Assembly: GCA_965652295.1 (NCBI GenBank)
Contig: CBFGTS010000014.1
Span: forward strand, 32,001 to 96,000
Length of the DNA: 64,000 nucleotides
Reading direction: 5' to 3'
Origin: an uncultured Haloferula sp.
GTDB taxonomy: Bacteria > Verrucomicrobiota > Verrucomicrobiia > Verrucomicrobiales > Akkermansiaceae
Shown: one piece after another, positions 1 through 9,923 of the stretch
Position numbering within the stretch: the first letter of the stretch is position 1
Layout: each line of letters starts with the position of its first letter
Program-made: the position numbers and the translations under genes
The notes under the pieces: model-generated
Databases searched by the model: none
Seen by the model: only the letters and a program-made list of their open reading frames with translations
What the model was told of the DNA's origin: nothing

Positions 1-579
1 TCCTTCCGCCCGCAGTCGTTCGGCCGTTTTGAAAACGCGGCCCGGAGAAGCATCGAAGATGAGATCGAGCGCGCGATTCTGAGTGTGCTGGGAGTTCCGG
101 GCCGCTCCGGGACAACGCGCGTTGTAGGCGGGAGAGCGGTAGGCGGAGGTGATCCGCCGCAAGGGCACGCCGAGGCGGTCGCGCAATTCGTCGGCGACCA
201 GCAGGGTCTGCCCCATGCGTTCCCACAGCTCGCGCGGAGGCAGGGTGTTGTGGACTCCCCGCCGCGCGCGATCGTGGGCACTGATGAGTTCGTGCGGCCG
301 GATGTGGCGCAGGCCGAGGCCGCCGATGAACGAGGCGTAGTCGGCTGCGACTCCAGAGTAGCGGGGCTCGTTCGTCGTCACCCGGCGGCGGCCGGAAGAC
401 CCATCGCTGGATATTTTCGCAGAGGCGGTTTCACCATTCGGAAGGGGCTTCTTCTTCCACTCCGCGGCGAGTTTTCCGATCTCACGCCGGTGCGCGTCAC
501 TCCACATACCGAGGAAAGGCACCGCTGCGGCGAACGACATGGACCGGCCGAGAAACGACCGTCGGGACAAGTCTTGCAT
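1..579 (-). CDS. Tat-exported peptidase M15A / YcbK-like (D-Ala-D-Ala carboxypeptidase family), runs off the window edge
   Basis: Not in the ORF track. Manual translation from ATG 579 gives MQDLSRRSFLGRSMSFAAAVPFLG (twin-arginine signal) ... RITSAYRSPAYNARCPGAARNSQHTQNRALD, the SxYR...N...S.H...A.D motif of M15 peptidases. Confidence 0.85.
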   Translation of the reverse strand, partial: MQDLSRRSFLGRSMSFAAAVPFLGMWSDAHRREIGKLAAEWKKKPLPNGETASAKISSDGSSGRRRVTTNEPRYSGVAADYASFIGGLGLRHIRPHELISAHDRARRGVHNTLPPRELWERMGQTLLVADELRDRLGVPLRRITSAYRSPAYNARCPGAARNSQHTQNRALDLIFDASPGRVFKTAERLRAEG

Positions 580-677
580 CGGGCCGCAACAAAGCAGGTT
601 CGGACTTCGCGTCGTCGCGTGGATTCACGTACCGGCCCGCACGATTCCGCCCCGCTGGAGAGGAGGAACCCTGCGGC

Positions 678-2531
678 ATGACCGACGATTCACGCTACCC
701 CCCGATCGCGGAATACGGCGTGATCGGCGACCTCCGGACCATCGCCCTGATCGGTCCGAACGGCGCGGTCGAGTCGATGTGTTTCCCTGATTTCGACTCG
801 CCTTCGATCTTCGCAGCGCATGTCGATCGGGAAAAAGGCGGTCGTTTCCAGATCGAGCCGGTGCTGGAGAACCGAGCGGAGAAGCAGCTCTACATTCCGG
901 ATACCAATGTGCTGATCACCCGCTTCCTGTCGGAGGAAGGGGTGGCGGAAGTCTCCAGCTTCATGCCCTTGGGCGAACCCGAGGAAAACCTGCCGCAGGC
1001 CCTGGTCCGACGCGCCAAGAGCGTGATCGGCGAAGTGAACTTTTCGATGACCTTCGCGCCGCGTTTCAACTACGCCCGCTCCGGCCACCGGATCGAGCGG
1101 GTGGATGAAAAGACGCTGGTTTTCCTTTCCGAAGGTGGGGACGAACTGCGCCTCAAGCTGCACTGCAGTGTGCCGGTGGAAATCCGCGGCGACGATGCGG
1201 TCGCAGATTTCACTCTGAAGGAAACCGAACACGCCTCGTTCGTGATGGAGTGCCTGGGCGACGACGGCTCGAGCCGCTGCAGCGAGAAGAACTACGCCGC
1301 GGACTCCTTCAAGGAAACCTGCAACTTCTGGCGACGATGGATCGGCCGGTGCAGCTACAACGGCCGCTGGCGCGAGACCGTCCATCGCTCCGCCCTGGCG
1401 CTGAAGCTTCTGACCTCGCGGAAATACGGCTCGATCATCGCCGCGCCGTGCTTCGGTTTCCCCAACGAGATCGGCGGCGTGCGCAACTGGGACTACCGCT
1501 ACACCTGGCTGCGCGACGCCTCCTTCAGCACCTACGCATTGATGCGGCTCGGCTTCACCGCGGAGGCCGGCGCTTTCATGAACTGGCTCGAGGACCGCAT
1601 CATCGAGGATGAGGACGACGCCACCTTGAAAACCATGTATCGCATCGATGGCTCCGACATCGGCGGCGAGTTCCACCTCGACCATCTCGAAGGCTACCGG
1701 CAATCGCGCCCGGTGCGCATCGGCTCGACCAACCACGACCAGCAGCAGCTCGACATCTATGGCGAGGTCATGGACTCGATCTATCTCTACGACGCCGCCG
1801 GCTCCCCCGTTTCCCACCGCCTCTGGCGAAACATCGTGGAGATCGCCGGCCATGTCTGCCGCCACTGGGACGAGCCGGACGCCAGCATCTGGGAAGTCCG
1901 CAGCGGCGGCCGCCATTTCCTCTACTCCCGCATCATGTGCTGGGTGGCGCTCGACCGCGCCATCCGCCTCGCCCGCAAGCGCGGACTCCCCGGGCCGGTG
2001 GACGCCTGGGAAAAGCAGCGCGACGCAATCTACACGGACGTTTTCCGAGAGTTCTGGGATCCGGAACAGCAAGCCTTCGTCCAGTTCAAGGGCGGCAAAG
2101 CACTCGACGCTTCCTCGCTCATCATGCCGCTGGTTCGCATGATCAGCCCCACCGATCCGCAGTGGACCGCTCACCTTGCCGCCGTCGAGCGGACGCTGGT
2201 CCACGACTCGCTGGTAGATCGCTACAAGGTCGGCGAGGCCTTCTCCGACTGTCTCCAGGGAAACGAAGGCAGCTTCTCGATCTGTTCCTTCTGGTATGTT
2301 GAGTGCATCTCCCGCGGAGGCGACCTGCAGAAGGCGAGGTTGATGTTCGAGAAGATGCTCGGATACGCCAGCCCTCTCGGGCTTTTCTCCGAGCAGCTCG
2401 GCAAGCGCGGCGAGTGCCTCGGCAACATCCCGCAGGCGTTCTCCCACCTTGCCCTGATCAGCGCGGCGTTCGACCTCGACCGCCGGCTCAGCTTGGAGCC
2501 TTCGGCGAAAGTCAGCGGAGGAAAGGGCTGA
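678..2531 (+). CDS. Glycoside hydrolase family 15 (glucoamylase/trehalase-like)
   Basis: YPPIAEYGVIGD N-terminus, RNWDYRYTWLRD, QLDIYGE, IWEVR, GLFSEQ...LGNIPQAFSHLALI; AGGAGG RBS upstream. Confidence 0.92.
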   Translation: MTDDSRYPPIAEYGVIGDLRTIALIGPNGAVESMCFPDFDSPSIFAAHVDREKGGRFQIEPVLENRAEKQLYIPDTNVLITRFLSEEGVAEVSSFMPLGEPEENLPQALVRRAKSVIGEVNFSMTFAPRFNYARSGHRIERVDEKTLVFLSEGGDELRLKLHCSVPVEIRGDDAVADFTLKETEHASFVMECLGDDGSSRCSEKNYAADSFKETCNFWRRWIGRCSYNGRWRETVHRSALALKLLTSRKYGSIIAAPCFGFPNEIGGVRNWDYRYTWLRDASFSTYALMRLGFTAEAGAFMNWLEDRIIEDEDDATLKTMYRIDGSDIGGEFHLDHLEGYRQSRPVRIGSTNHDQQQLDIYGEVMDSIYLYDAAGSPVSHRLWRNIVEIAGHVCRHWDEPDASIWEVRSGGRHFLYSRIMCWVALDRAIRLARKRGLPGPVDAWEKQRDAIYTDVFREFWDPEQQAFVQFKGGKALDASSLIMPLVRMISPTDPQWTAHLAAVERTLVHDSLVDRYKVGEAFSDCLQGNEGSFSICSFWYVECISRGGDLQKARLMFEKMLGYASPLGLFSEQLGKRGECLGNIPQAFSHLALISAAFDLDRRLSLEPSAKVSGGKG

Positions 2532-3116
2532 TCAGCAGCCGGGTTCGAAGTAGATCGCGGTGATTTCCCCCGCCGATTCCGCGTTGAGCAGGGCTTTCGC
2601 CCGATCGCCGTGCATCGTCGCGCTCCCGTCGGGTTCGACCTCCTGCTGCTCCATTTCCGAAAGTCTCACCGCCAGCTTGTCTCCCTCCGGCCCGGTTACC
2701 GTGCGCTCGAGCTGGCGGACGCAACTCCCAGCATCATAGTAGAAGCGGCGCTCCGTGCGGGTATCAATCGTCTTCGGGTCCTCGGTCGTGCCGCCGGGGG
2801 CGAACTGCCACGAATCCGTCACCTCATAGACGAAGAACAGGTCGCCGTTTCGGAAATAGTAGTGATCCGTGCCGCCGCCGTGGTCACCCGCCGTGTAATC
2901 CACGGTCACCGAGGCCAGTCCGTCGGCATAGTGCCGCACCGTCGCCTTCCCCGTGAAGAGGTCGTCCGCCACCTCCAGCTCGTAGGTCTTCATGCTGACG
3001 GGCTGTCCTTCATCGATGGCCGCATACCATTTCCGGATCTGGGAAACTCGGTCTTCGACGTCTGCGGAAGCCAGGGAAACGGCGGCTGCCAGGGCGATCA
3101 CCACATTTGTCATCAT
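2532..3116 (-). CDS. Secreted hypothetical protein
   Basis: 194-aa ORF with signal peptide (VVIALAAAVSLASA); beta-rich, YYFRNGDLFFVY and ERRFYY motifs; fits the gap between convergent/divergent neighbours. Confidence 0.7.
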   Translation of the reverse strand: MMTNVVIALAAAVSLASADVEDRVSQIRKWYAAIDEGQPVSMKTYELEVADDLFTGKATVRHYADGLASVTVDYTAGDHGGGTDHYYFRNGDLFFVYEVTDSWQFAPGGTTEDPKTIDTRTERRFYYDAGSCVRQLERTVTGPEGDKLAVRLSEMEQQEVEPDGSATMHGDRAKALLNAESAGEITAIYFEPGC

Positions 3117-3218
3117 GCCGGATCATGAGCGGAAATCCGCAGCAAGGGGAAGGGGAATGAAATCCGCCCGAAAATGACGCTGAACCCCTGTAAGCCGCCA
3201 TCGGGCCGGAGAGTATCC

Positions 3219-4811
3219 ATGGCACCCAAGATGCGCCTTATCCGATTCCTCGTCCCCTTGCTCGCAGCCGTCCCGGTCTTCGCCGCTCCCACTTTCACCA
3301 ACCCCATCGCCGAAGGCGCGGACCCCTGGGTCACCCGCCACGACGGGCGGTATGTCTGGTGCCAGGCCCCGGGAAACCGCGGGGTGACGCTGTGGATTTC
3401 CGACTCGCTCACCTCGCTCGGCACCGCCCATGAAATCTGGAAAGCCCCTGAGACCGGTCCCTACTCGAAAGAAGTCTGGGCTCCGGAAGCCCACTTCATC
3501 GACCGCCACTGGTACATCTACTTTGCCGCCGACGATGGCAATAACGCCAATCACCTCGCCTACGTGCTGAAGTCGGAAGGCTCCGACCCTCTCGGGAAAT
3601 ACGAGCTGCACGGTCCTTTCGCCACCGGCGGGGGGGCGGACGGAAAATCGCCCAACATCTGGGCGATCGACATGACCGTGCTCGATCACGAGGGCAAACT
3701 CTACGCCATCTGGTCCGGCTGGGACGCGCCCGGCACCGACCGCCAATACCTGTACATCGCGCCGATGAAGTCGCCCGTGGAACTCGCCGGGCCACGCGTG
3801 CTGCTCTGCGACAACGACGACTACCTCTGGGAGCGCACCGAGGAAACCGAAAGCTCCCGCGGCCTGAACGAAGGAGCCCAGGTGCTGAAGCACCAGGACC
3901 GCACCTTCGTCGTGTATTCCTGCGGCGCGTCGTGGGACACGACCTACAAGCTCGGCATGCTCGAACTGACCGGCCCCGATCCACTCGACCCGCGGAGCTG
4001 GAAAAAGTTCCCCGAGCCGGTTTTCAAAAGCACCGGAGAAACCTACGGCGTCGGCCACGGGTCGTTCGTGAAAAGCCCGGACGACCGCCAGTGGTGGCAC
4101 GTGTATCACGCCAAGCGCTCGCCCGACCACGGCTGGCAGCGCGCGATCTTTGCCCAGCCGTTCAGCTTCACGGCCGAAGGACTTCCGGATTTCGGCACGC
4201 CGGTCGCACCGGGCTCGAAGATCGACGTGCCTTCCGGAACGCGCATCCCGGAAATCTCCCTGCCCTACCGCGCCAGCCTCACCCGCTATGCCGGACAGAA
4301 CGACTTCTCCTACTACGGCCATCAGCAGTTCTTCGGGTTCCGCGCGGACGGCGTGCACCTCGGCGTGGTCCCGGAGGCTCCGGTCAACGGCTACCGCTCC
4401 GGCGAAAAGCTGATCCTCGAGGGTAGCGATTTCACCGATATCCGGGCCGAGGTGGACATCGAATTCGTCCAAGGCGACCGCGATGCCGGCATCGTCTTCC
4501 GCGTCACCGATCCAAGCGTCGGTTTCGATGCCCAGAAGGGCTACTTTGCCGGCGTTTTGCCGGGCCAGCAGGCGGTGCTCCTCGGTAAAATGGACGGCCG
4601 CACGTGGACCGAACTCGCCCGCTCACCGGTGGAAATCGGGAACCGCAAGGCCCGCCTCGAAGTCACCGCCCGGGGCGAAGACATCACCATTGCCGTGGAC
4701 GGAAAAATCCTCATCGAAACCCGTGACGCCACCTGGACACGCGGCGCGATCGGACTACGCGTGGTGGACACCCACGCCGCTTTCCGCAACCTTTCCGTCG
4801 CGCGCCCATGA
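3219..4811 (+). CDS. GH43 glycoside hydrolase (probable alpha-L-arabinofuranosidase) with C-terminal DUF1080-like beta-sandwich
   Basis: Signal peptide, NPIAEGADPW, WAPEAH, WAIDMT, LNEGAQ, GVGHGSF five-bladed propeller motifs. The start could be 3219 or 3231. Confidence 0.88.
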   Translation: MAPKMRLIRFLVPLLAAVPVFAAPTFTNPIAEGADPWVTRHDGRYVWCQAPGNRGVTLWISDSLTSLGTAHEIWKAPETGPYSKEVWAPEAHFIDRHWYIYFAADDGNNANHLAYVLKSEGSDPLGKYELHGPFATGGGADGKSPNIWAIDMTVLDHEGKLYAIWSGWDAPGTDRQYLYIAPMKSPVELAGPRVLLCDNDDYLWERTEETESSRGLNEGAQVLKHQDRTFVVYSCGASWDTTYKLGMLELTGPDPLDPRSWKKFPEPVFKSTGETYGVGHGSFVKSPDDRQWWHVYHAKRSPDHGWQRAIFAQPFSFTAEGLPDFGTPVAPGSKIDVPSGTRIPEISLPYRASLTRYAGQNDFSYYGHQQFFGFRADGVHLGVVPEAPVNGYRSGEKLILEGSDFTDIRAEVDIEFVQGDRDAGIVFRVTDPSVGFDAQKGYFAGVLPGQQAVLLGKMDGRTWTELARSPVEIGNRKARLEVTARGEDITIAVDGKILIETRDATWTRGAIGLRVVDTHAAFRNLSVARP

Positions 4812-7285
4812 CCCGTTTCCTTCCCCTGCTCGCCCTGCTCGTCTGTCCCGCCATGGCCCAGCGGTCGCCGGTCCCGAACCGCGAGCCGCTCCAGCCCGTG
4901 CCGATGAACGCCCTGCCGCTCGGCAGCGTCAAACCCGGGGGCTGGTTGCGCACCCAGATGGAACTCCAGCGCAACGGCCTCACCGGCCACGCTGAGGAGC
5001 TGCTACCGGCGGTCTCCCCGGATTCTGCTTGGCGCGGAGGCAAGGGCGAGGACTGGGAAAAGGGCCCCTACTACGTCAAGGGCCTGATCCCGCTGGCCTG
5101 GGGCCTCGACGACCCGGCGCTGAAGGGCGAGGTGCTCCATTGGATCGAGCCGATCCTCGCCAGCCAGCGTGACGATGGCTTCTACGGCCCTTCCAGTAAT
5201 GATGACTGGTGGCCGCGGATGGTCGTGAACTACCTGTTGCGGGACTATCACGAAGCCACGGGCGACGAGCGCGTGCTCTCCTTCCTCACCCGCTATTTCC
5301 AGCACATGGGCCGGGAGTTGCCGGGCCGGCCGCTGCGCGATTGGGGGAAGTCCCGCGCGGGCGATGACATCGACACGATCCTCTGGCTCTACAACCGCAC
5401 CGGGGAAAAATCGCTGCTGCCGGTGGCGAAGCTGCTGGCGGAGCAGGCTTACCCGTGGACGGAGATTTTCACCCACAACCGGTTCCTGACCTACGAGGAG
5501 TTCCAGCCCCGCCATGGCGTGAACATCCCCCAGGCCCTCAAGATGCCGGCGGTGTTCTCGCAGCTCTCGGGAAACGAAAAAGACCGCCAGGCATACGCCG
5601 CGGGCCATGAGAACCTGATGCGCGACCACGGCCTGCCGGTCGGCATCAACTCCGGCACCGAGTTCCTCGCCGGGCAAAGCACCGTTGCCGGCATCGAACT
5701 CTGCTCGGTCGTCGAGCGCATGCTCAGCGATGCCACCGTGGCGCGCATCCTCGGGGATCCCTCGATCCAGGACCATCTCGAGCTCATGGCCTACAATCTC
5801 CTGCCCGGCTCGCTCTCGCCGGACATCCACCAGCACGTTTACTATTGCGTCCCGAACAACGTCATCGCCGCCTTCGGACCGAAGGGCTACGATCAGGATC
5901 ACGCCAACGCCACCAACCCCTCGCCGATCTCCGGTTTCCCCTGCTGCTGCTACAATTTCCACATGGGCTGGCCGAAGCTCGCGCAGAACGCATGGACGGC
6001 CACCGCGGACGGAGGGCTGGCCCCGCTGATCTACGCACCCACTACGGTAAGCACCGTACTCCAGGACGGGACGAAGATCCGCATCGAGGAAAACACCAGC
6101 TACCCCTTCGGCGATGAGATCACCTTCATCTTCCACCCGGAGAAGCCCGCAAGCTTCCCATTCGCCTTGCGGAGGCCGGCATGGTGCGACGCACCCACGT
6201 TGACGCTCAATGGCGGTGAGTTGGAATTTTCAGAACGCATCGAACGCGAGTGGCAGGAGGGCGACACGCTCGTGCTGAAGCTGCCCCGGAAGGTCGAGGC
6301 CTTCCCCGGCGTCAAACACACCGTTTCCTTCCGCTACGGTCCGCTGGTGCTTTCGCTGAAGATCGACGAGCACTGGCAGTCGATCGCCAAGTCGCCGATC
6401 GAGAGCTTCGACTCCTTCCGCATCGAGCCGACCTCGCCTTGGAACTACGCGCTCGATGTGGAGGCAGACGACCCCGCCCGCTCGGTGGAAGTCGAGGTTT
6501 CCCCGCTGCGCGGAAATCCCTTCGACCCGCGGGAGACGCCGATCCATGCCAAGGTGAAGGGCAAGCGCCTGCCGCAATGGGATCTGGCCTGGCATGGCCG
6601 GCTCGCGGACGACCCGCCGACCAGCCCGGTCCACTCTGACGAACCGCTGCAAGACCTCACGCTGGTTCCCTTCGGCAGCCAAATGCTGCGCCTGACCAGC
6701 TTTCCGGTGCTCGGAGGGGAGCAAAGAACTCCGGAGACGTTCAGCGATGACTTTTCCGATGGCGACCATGAAGGCTGGCTGACCTACGGCGGAAGCTGGT
6801 TCGTGCTCGACGGCCGCCTGCAGCCCGCGACCAACGCCCATTCCGGCTCGTTCGGTTCCCACGGCGTCAAGGCGGTCGCGGTCGATACCGACTTCTCCGA
6901 CCTCGAATACGAAGGCGTGGTCTCGATCGGTGACGCCGGCGACTCCGGCCTGATTTTCCGCATCCACGATGCGGCGATCGGAGCCGACGCCTACTGCGGC
7001 TACTACGCCGGCATCCGCGCTACCGACGACCGCGTGATCCTCGGCAAGGCCGACGGCGACTGGACGGAGCTCGCCACCTATCATGGCCCCATCGATGCCG
7101 ATCACGATTACCTGCTGAAAGTCGAGGCGATCGGCCCACAGATCCGCGTATTCCTCGACGGCAAGCTCGTGATTGACGCCCGGGACGAGCAGTTCCAGTC
7201 CGGCATGATCGGCGTGCGGAACTACAGCTCCCAGCCCGACCGGTTGCTGGCCCAGTTCACGAAACTCAAGGCGGTGGCCCGGTAG
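4808..7285 (+). CDS. GH127-family beta-L-arabinofuranosidase-like protein with C-terminal DUF1080-like domain
   Basis: Signal peptide; LPLGSVKPGGWL, WWPRM, HGVN, ELCSVVE, FPCCCYN (Zn/Cys catalytic motif), TSYPF; ATGA overlap with the GH43 gene. Confidence 0.85.
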   Translation: MTRFLPLLALLVCPAMAQRSPVPNREPLQPVPMNALPLGSVKPGGWLRTQMELQRNGLTGHAEELLPAVSPDSAWRGGKGEDWEKGPYYVKGLIPLAWGLDDPALKGEVLHWIEPILASQRDDGFYGPSSNDDWWPRMVVNYLLRDYHEATGDERVLSFLTRYFQHMGRELPGRPLRDWGKSRAGDDIDTILWLYNRTGEKSLLPVAKLLAEQAYPWTEIFTHNRFLTYEEFQPRHGVNIPQALKMPAVFSQLSGNEKDRQAYAAGHENLMRDHGLPVGINSGTEFLAGQSTVAGIELCSVVERMLSDATVARILGDPSIQDHLELMAYNLLPGSLSPDIHQHVYYCVPNNVIAAFGPKGYDQDHANATNPSPISGFPCCCYNFHMGWPKLAQNAWTATADGGLAPLIYAPTTVSTVLQDGTKIRIEENTSYPFGDEITFIFHPEKPASFPFALRRPAWCDAPTLTLNGGELEFSERIEREWQEGDTLVLKLPRKVEAFPGVKHTVSFRYGPLVLSLKIDEHWQSIAKSPIESFDSFRIEPTSPWNYALDVEADDPARSVEVEVSPLRGNPFDPRETPIHAKVKGKRLPQWDLAWHGRLADDPPTSPVHSDEPLQDLTLVPFGSQMLRLTSFPVLGGEQRTPETFSDDFSDGDHEGWLTYGGSWFVLDGRLQPATNAHSGSFGSHGVKAVAVDTDFSDLEYEGVVSIGDAGDSGLIFRIHDAAIGADAYCGYYAGIRATDDRVILGKADGDWTELATYHGPIDADHDYLLKVEAIGPQIRVFLDGKLVIDARDEQFQSGMIGVRNYSSQPDRLLAQFTKLKAVAR

Positions 7286-7295
7286 GTTCCCGTCA

Positions 7296-7334
7296 TCGAC
7301 ACGGCGGCGTGACCAACCTAGCTTCGCCGCCGTG
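7296..7334 (+). promoter_or_regulatory. Putative sigma70 promoter of leaderless queF overlapped by a 10-bp inverted repeat
   Basis: TCGACA (7296-7301)-17 bp-TAGCTT (7319-7324)-7 bp-GTG; CACGGCGGCG (7300-7309) is the exact reverse complement of CGCCGCCGTG (7325-7334). Confidence 0.5.
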
Positions 7335-7736
7335 AGCACCACCGACCTGACCCTTCTCGGCCACTCCGAAAACCGGCTGCCGTCGTCGCCGGACGAGGCC
7401 AAACTCGAGACCTTTCCCAACTGCCGGCCCGGACGCCGCTTCTGGATCCACCTCGACTGCCCGGAGTTTTCATCCCTCTGCCCCGTGACCGGCCAGCCGG
7501 ACACCGCGCACATCGTCATCCGCTACGTCCCCGCCGAGCGCTGCGTGGAAACGAAGTCGCTCAAATTCTACATGGCCTCCTACCGCAACACGCCGGCCTT
7601 CAACGAGGAAATCGTCAACCGCATCCTCGATGACCTCGTGGCCGCGCTGGACCCTGCGGAGCTGCATGTTTCCGGGAAATTCGGTGCCCGCGGCGGCATC
7701 CAGCTCACCTGCGAGGCCAGCCACCCCGAGGCATGA
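7332..7736 (+). CDS. queF: NADPH-dependent 7-cyano-7-deazaguanine reductase
   Basis: EFSSLCPVTGQPD, VETKSLKFY, FNEE, RGGI motifs; GTG start. Confidence 0.95.
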   Translation: MSTTDLTLLGHSENRLPSSPDEAKLETFPNCRPGRRFWIHLDCPEFSSLCPVTGQPDTAHIVIRYVPAERCVETKSLKFYMASYRNTPAFNEEIVNRILDDLVAALDPAELHVSGKFGARGGIQLTCEASHPEA

Positions 7737-8419
7737 AAACCGTGGTCCTCCTCAGCGGCGGGATGGACTCCGTCACCGCCTTCCACCAAGCGCTCGACGA
7801 GCACGAAGTCGTGGCGGCGCTGTCCTTCGACTACGGCTCGAAGCACAACGCGCGGGAGATCCCCTTCGCCCGCCGCCACGCGGAAAAAGCCGGGGTGCGT
7901 CACGAAACCATCGACCTCGGCTTCATGGACCGGCATTTCCAGTCCGACCTGCTGACCGGCGGTGGGGAGATCCCCGACGGGCACTACGCGGAGGAAAACA
8001 TGAAGCGCACCGTGGTTCCCTTCCGCAACGGCATCATGCTGGCCGTCGCCTGCGGCTTCGCCGAAAGCACCGGAGCCGACGCGTTGGTGATCGCCGCGCA
8101 TTCGGGCGATCATGCCGTTTATCCCGACTGCCGCGAACCTTTCATGGCCGGCATGGCGCAGGCGATGCGCGAGGGCACCTACGCCCGGATCGAGTTGCTG
8201 CGTCCGTTCATCGCCATGGACAAGGCGACGATCGCCCGCCGCGGCGCGGAACTCGGCGTGGATTTCGCGGAAACCTGGTCGTGCTACAAGGGCGGCGAGA
8301 TCCACTGCGGCACCTGCGGCACCTGCGTCGAGCGCCGCGAGGCCTTCCAGCTCGCCGGCCTGCCGGACCCCACCCGCTACCTCGCCACGCCTCCGCTGCC
8401 GGACGCCCCCGAGAGCTGA
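7733..8419 (+). CDS. queC: 7-cyano-7-deazaguanine synthase
   Basis: LLSGGMDS PP-loop, VVPFRNGI, YPDCR, TWSCY...CGTCGTC. Confidence 0.96.
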   Translation: MKTVVLLSGGMDSVTAFHQALDEHEVVAALSFDYGSKHNAREIPFARRHAEKAGVRHETIDLGFMDRHFQSDLLTGGGEIPDGHYAEENMKRTVVPFRNGIMLAVACGFAESTGADALVIAAHSGDHAVYPDCREPFMAGMAQAMREGTYARIELLRPFIAMDKATIARRGAELGVDFAETWSCYKGGEIHCGTCGTCVERREAFQLAGLPDPTRYLATPPLPDAPES

Positions 8420-8506
8420 AAAGACGAACCGGCCGCCGCGCGTCGCTCCCCGGGCACCACTCTTGCGTTGCCCGCGAGGGCGGGTAAGCTCCGCGCAATC
8501 TCTCTC

Positions 8507-9343
8507 ATGACGCGCCACGCCATTCCTTTCCTCATCCTCACACCCGCGCTGATCCTGCCGGCCGCGGCGCAGGACGCGCCAGCGGCGGAAGGGGTGAGCT
8601 TCGACTTCATGCAGCTCATCGACAGCGGCGGGCTCATGATGTACCCGCTCGCCCTGCTCTCGGTGGCCGCGATGGTGCTCATCCTGCTCTACCTGCTCAC
8701 CATCCGCCGCAACGCCGTGGTCAGCGATCGTTTCATGGACACCGCCGAAGCCCTGATCCGGAAGCGCGACTTCCAAGGACTCATCGGCTACTGCCACCGC
8801 CAGAGCCAGTGCATGGCTAGGATCACGCAAAAGAGCCTTGAGTTCTTCACCCGCAACGACGCCGCCTCCTTCTCCGAGGTCCGGCAAATCGCGGAATCGG
8901 AAGGTTCGCGACAAGCCGGCATCCTCGGCTCCCGCATCACCTACCTGGCGGACATCGGCTCGATCGCCCCGATGGTCGGCCTGCTCGGCACGGTCATCGG
9001 CATGATCCAGAGCTTCCTTTCGATCTCCCAAGGGCATTTCGAGGGTGTGAAGCAAATGGAGCTGGCGTCCGGCGTCTCGCAGGCGCTCATCACCACCGCC
9101 GCCGGGCTCAGCATCGGCATCCCGGCACTGGTCTTCTACTCGCTCTTCCGCGGCCGCGTGCAGCGCTACGTTTCCGAACTGGAAGCCGCCACCACGCACC
9201 TGATGGCCATGCTCCACTCCCAGCTCCACCTGCAGCAGCCGGACAAAAAGCAACCGGAGCCCCCGCAGCGCCGTGCCGATGAATACGCCATGCCGCTGCC
9301 CTCTCCGCTGGCTGGTGAGCGGCCCGATCTCCACGGCATCTGA
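8507..9343 (+). CDS. exbB: MotA/TolQ/ExbB proton channel protein
   Basis: SGGLMMYPL, APMVGLLGTVIGMI, GVSQALITTAAGL. Confidence 0.9.
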   Translation: MTRHAIPFLILTPALILPAAAQDAPAAEGVSFDFMQLIDSGGLMMYPLALLSVAAMVLILLYLLTIRRNAVVSDRFMDTAEALIRKRDFQGLIGYCHRQSQCMARITQKSLEFFTRNDAASFSEVRQIAESEGSRQAGILGSRITYLADIGSIAPMVGLLGTVIGMIQSFLSISQGHFEGVKQMELASGVSQALITTAAGLSIGIPALVFYSLFRGRVQRYVSELEAATTHLMAMLHSQLHLQQPDKKQPEPPQRRADEYAMPLPSPLAGERPDLHGI

Positions 9344-9762
9344 TGAAGTTCCAGAACCGAGTTCCGCCGCCCGCCGGCATGCAGTTGGCACCGATGATCG
9401 ACATCGTGTTCCTGCTGCTCATTTTCTTCATCGTCACCTGGCAGTTCTCCCGCGAGGAAATGGATCTGAAGATCGCCGTGCCCACCTCCGAGGAAGGTGC
9501 CGATCCGCAACGCGTCCTCGGCGAGATCATTCTCAACGTCCGCACCGATGGCACCGTCTCGGTGTGGGGGCAGACGAAGACCCACGACCAATTGGCCGCC
9601 ACGCTTTCCGAGATCGCCGCCCAGCACAAGAACCAGCCGGTGCGCATCCGTGGCGACGCCGGCACCCCCTTCCAGGAAATCGTCGAGGTCATGGATGTCT
9701 GCCAGCGCGCCGGCATCTGGAACATCTCCTTCGCCACCCAGCAGGCCGGCGAGGCGGAATAG
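9343..9762 (+). CDS. exbD: ExbD/TolR biopolymer transport protein
   Basis: MQLAPMIDIVFLLLIFFIV and VRIRGD; overlaps the exbB stop codon. Confidence 0.92.
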   Translation: MKFQNRVPPPAGMQLAPMIDIVFLLLIFFIVTWQFSREEMDLKIAVPTSEEGADPQRVLGEIILNVRTDGTVSVWGQTKTHDQLAATLSEIAAQHKNQPVRIRGDAGTPFQEIVEVMDVCQRAGIWNISFATQQAGEAE

Positions 9763-9923
9763 CCTCCGGCGCTTGCTGGATAAGACCAAGCCTTGGGGCA
9801 CTTGGTCCCCCATGGTTGCGGTTCAGCGTTTTCACCTGCCCCTTCGGCAACCCGGGTAAAGTTTTACAGACAAATCATCGGCTTTCCGTCATCTAACTTC
9901 TGATAGGCGATGTTTTGTATCCG

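Noticed and set aside
690..2447. Long antisense ORFs (also 7580-9391, 9864-12254, 19646-21502, 21412-22332, 50466-52247, 60147-61436)
   Set aside because: Shadow frames of high-GC genes with recognisable products on the opposite strand; no motifs of their own.
2529..2534. Shared TGATCA at convergent gene ends (also 38194-38199)
   Set aside because: It arises automatically when two TGA stops abut; two cases are not evidence of a site.
7286..7334. preQ1 riboswitch upstream of queF-queC
   Set aside because: A hairpin is present, but the class I loop consensus and the A-rich 3' tail are absent, and the spacing fits a promoter better.
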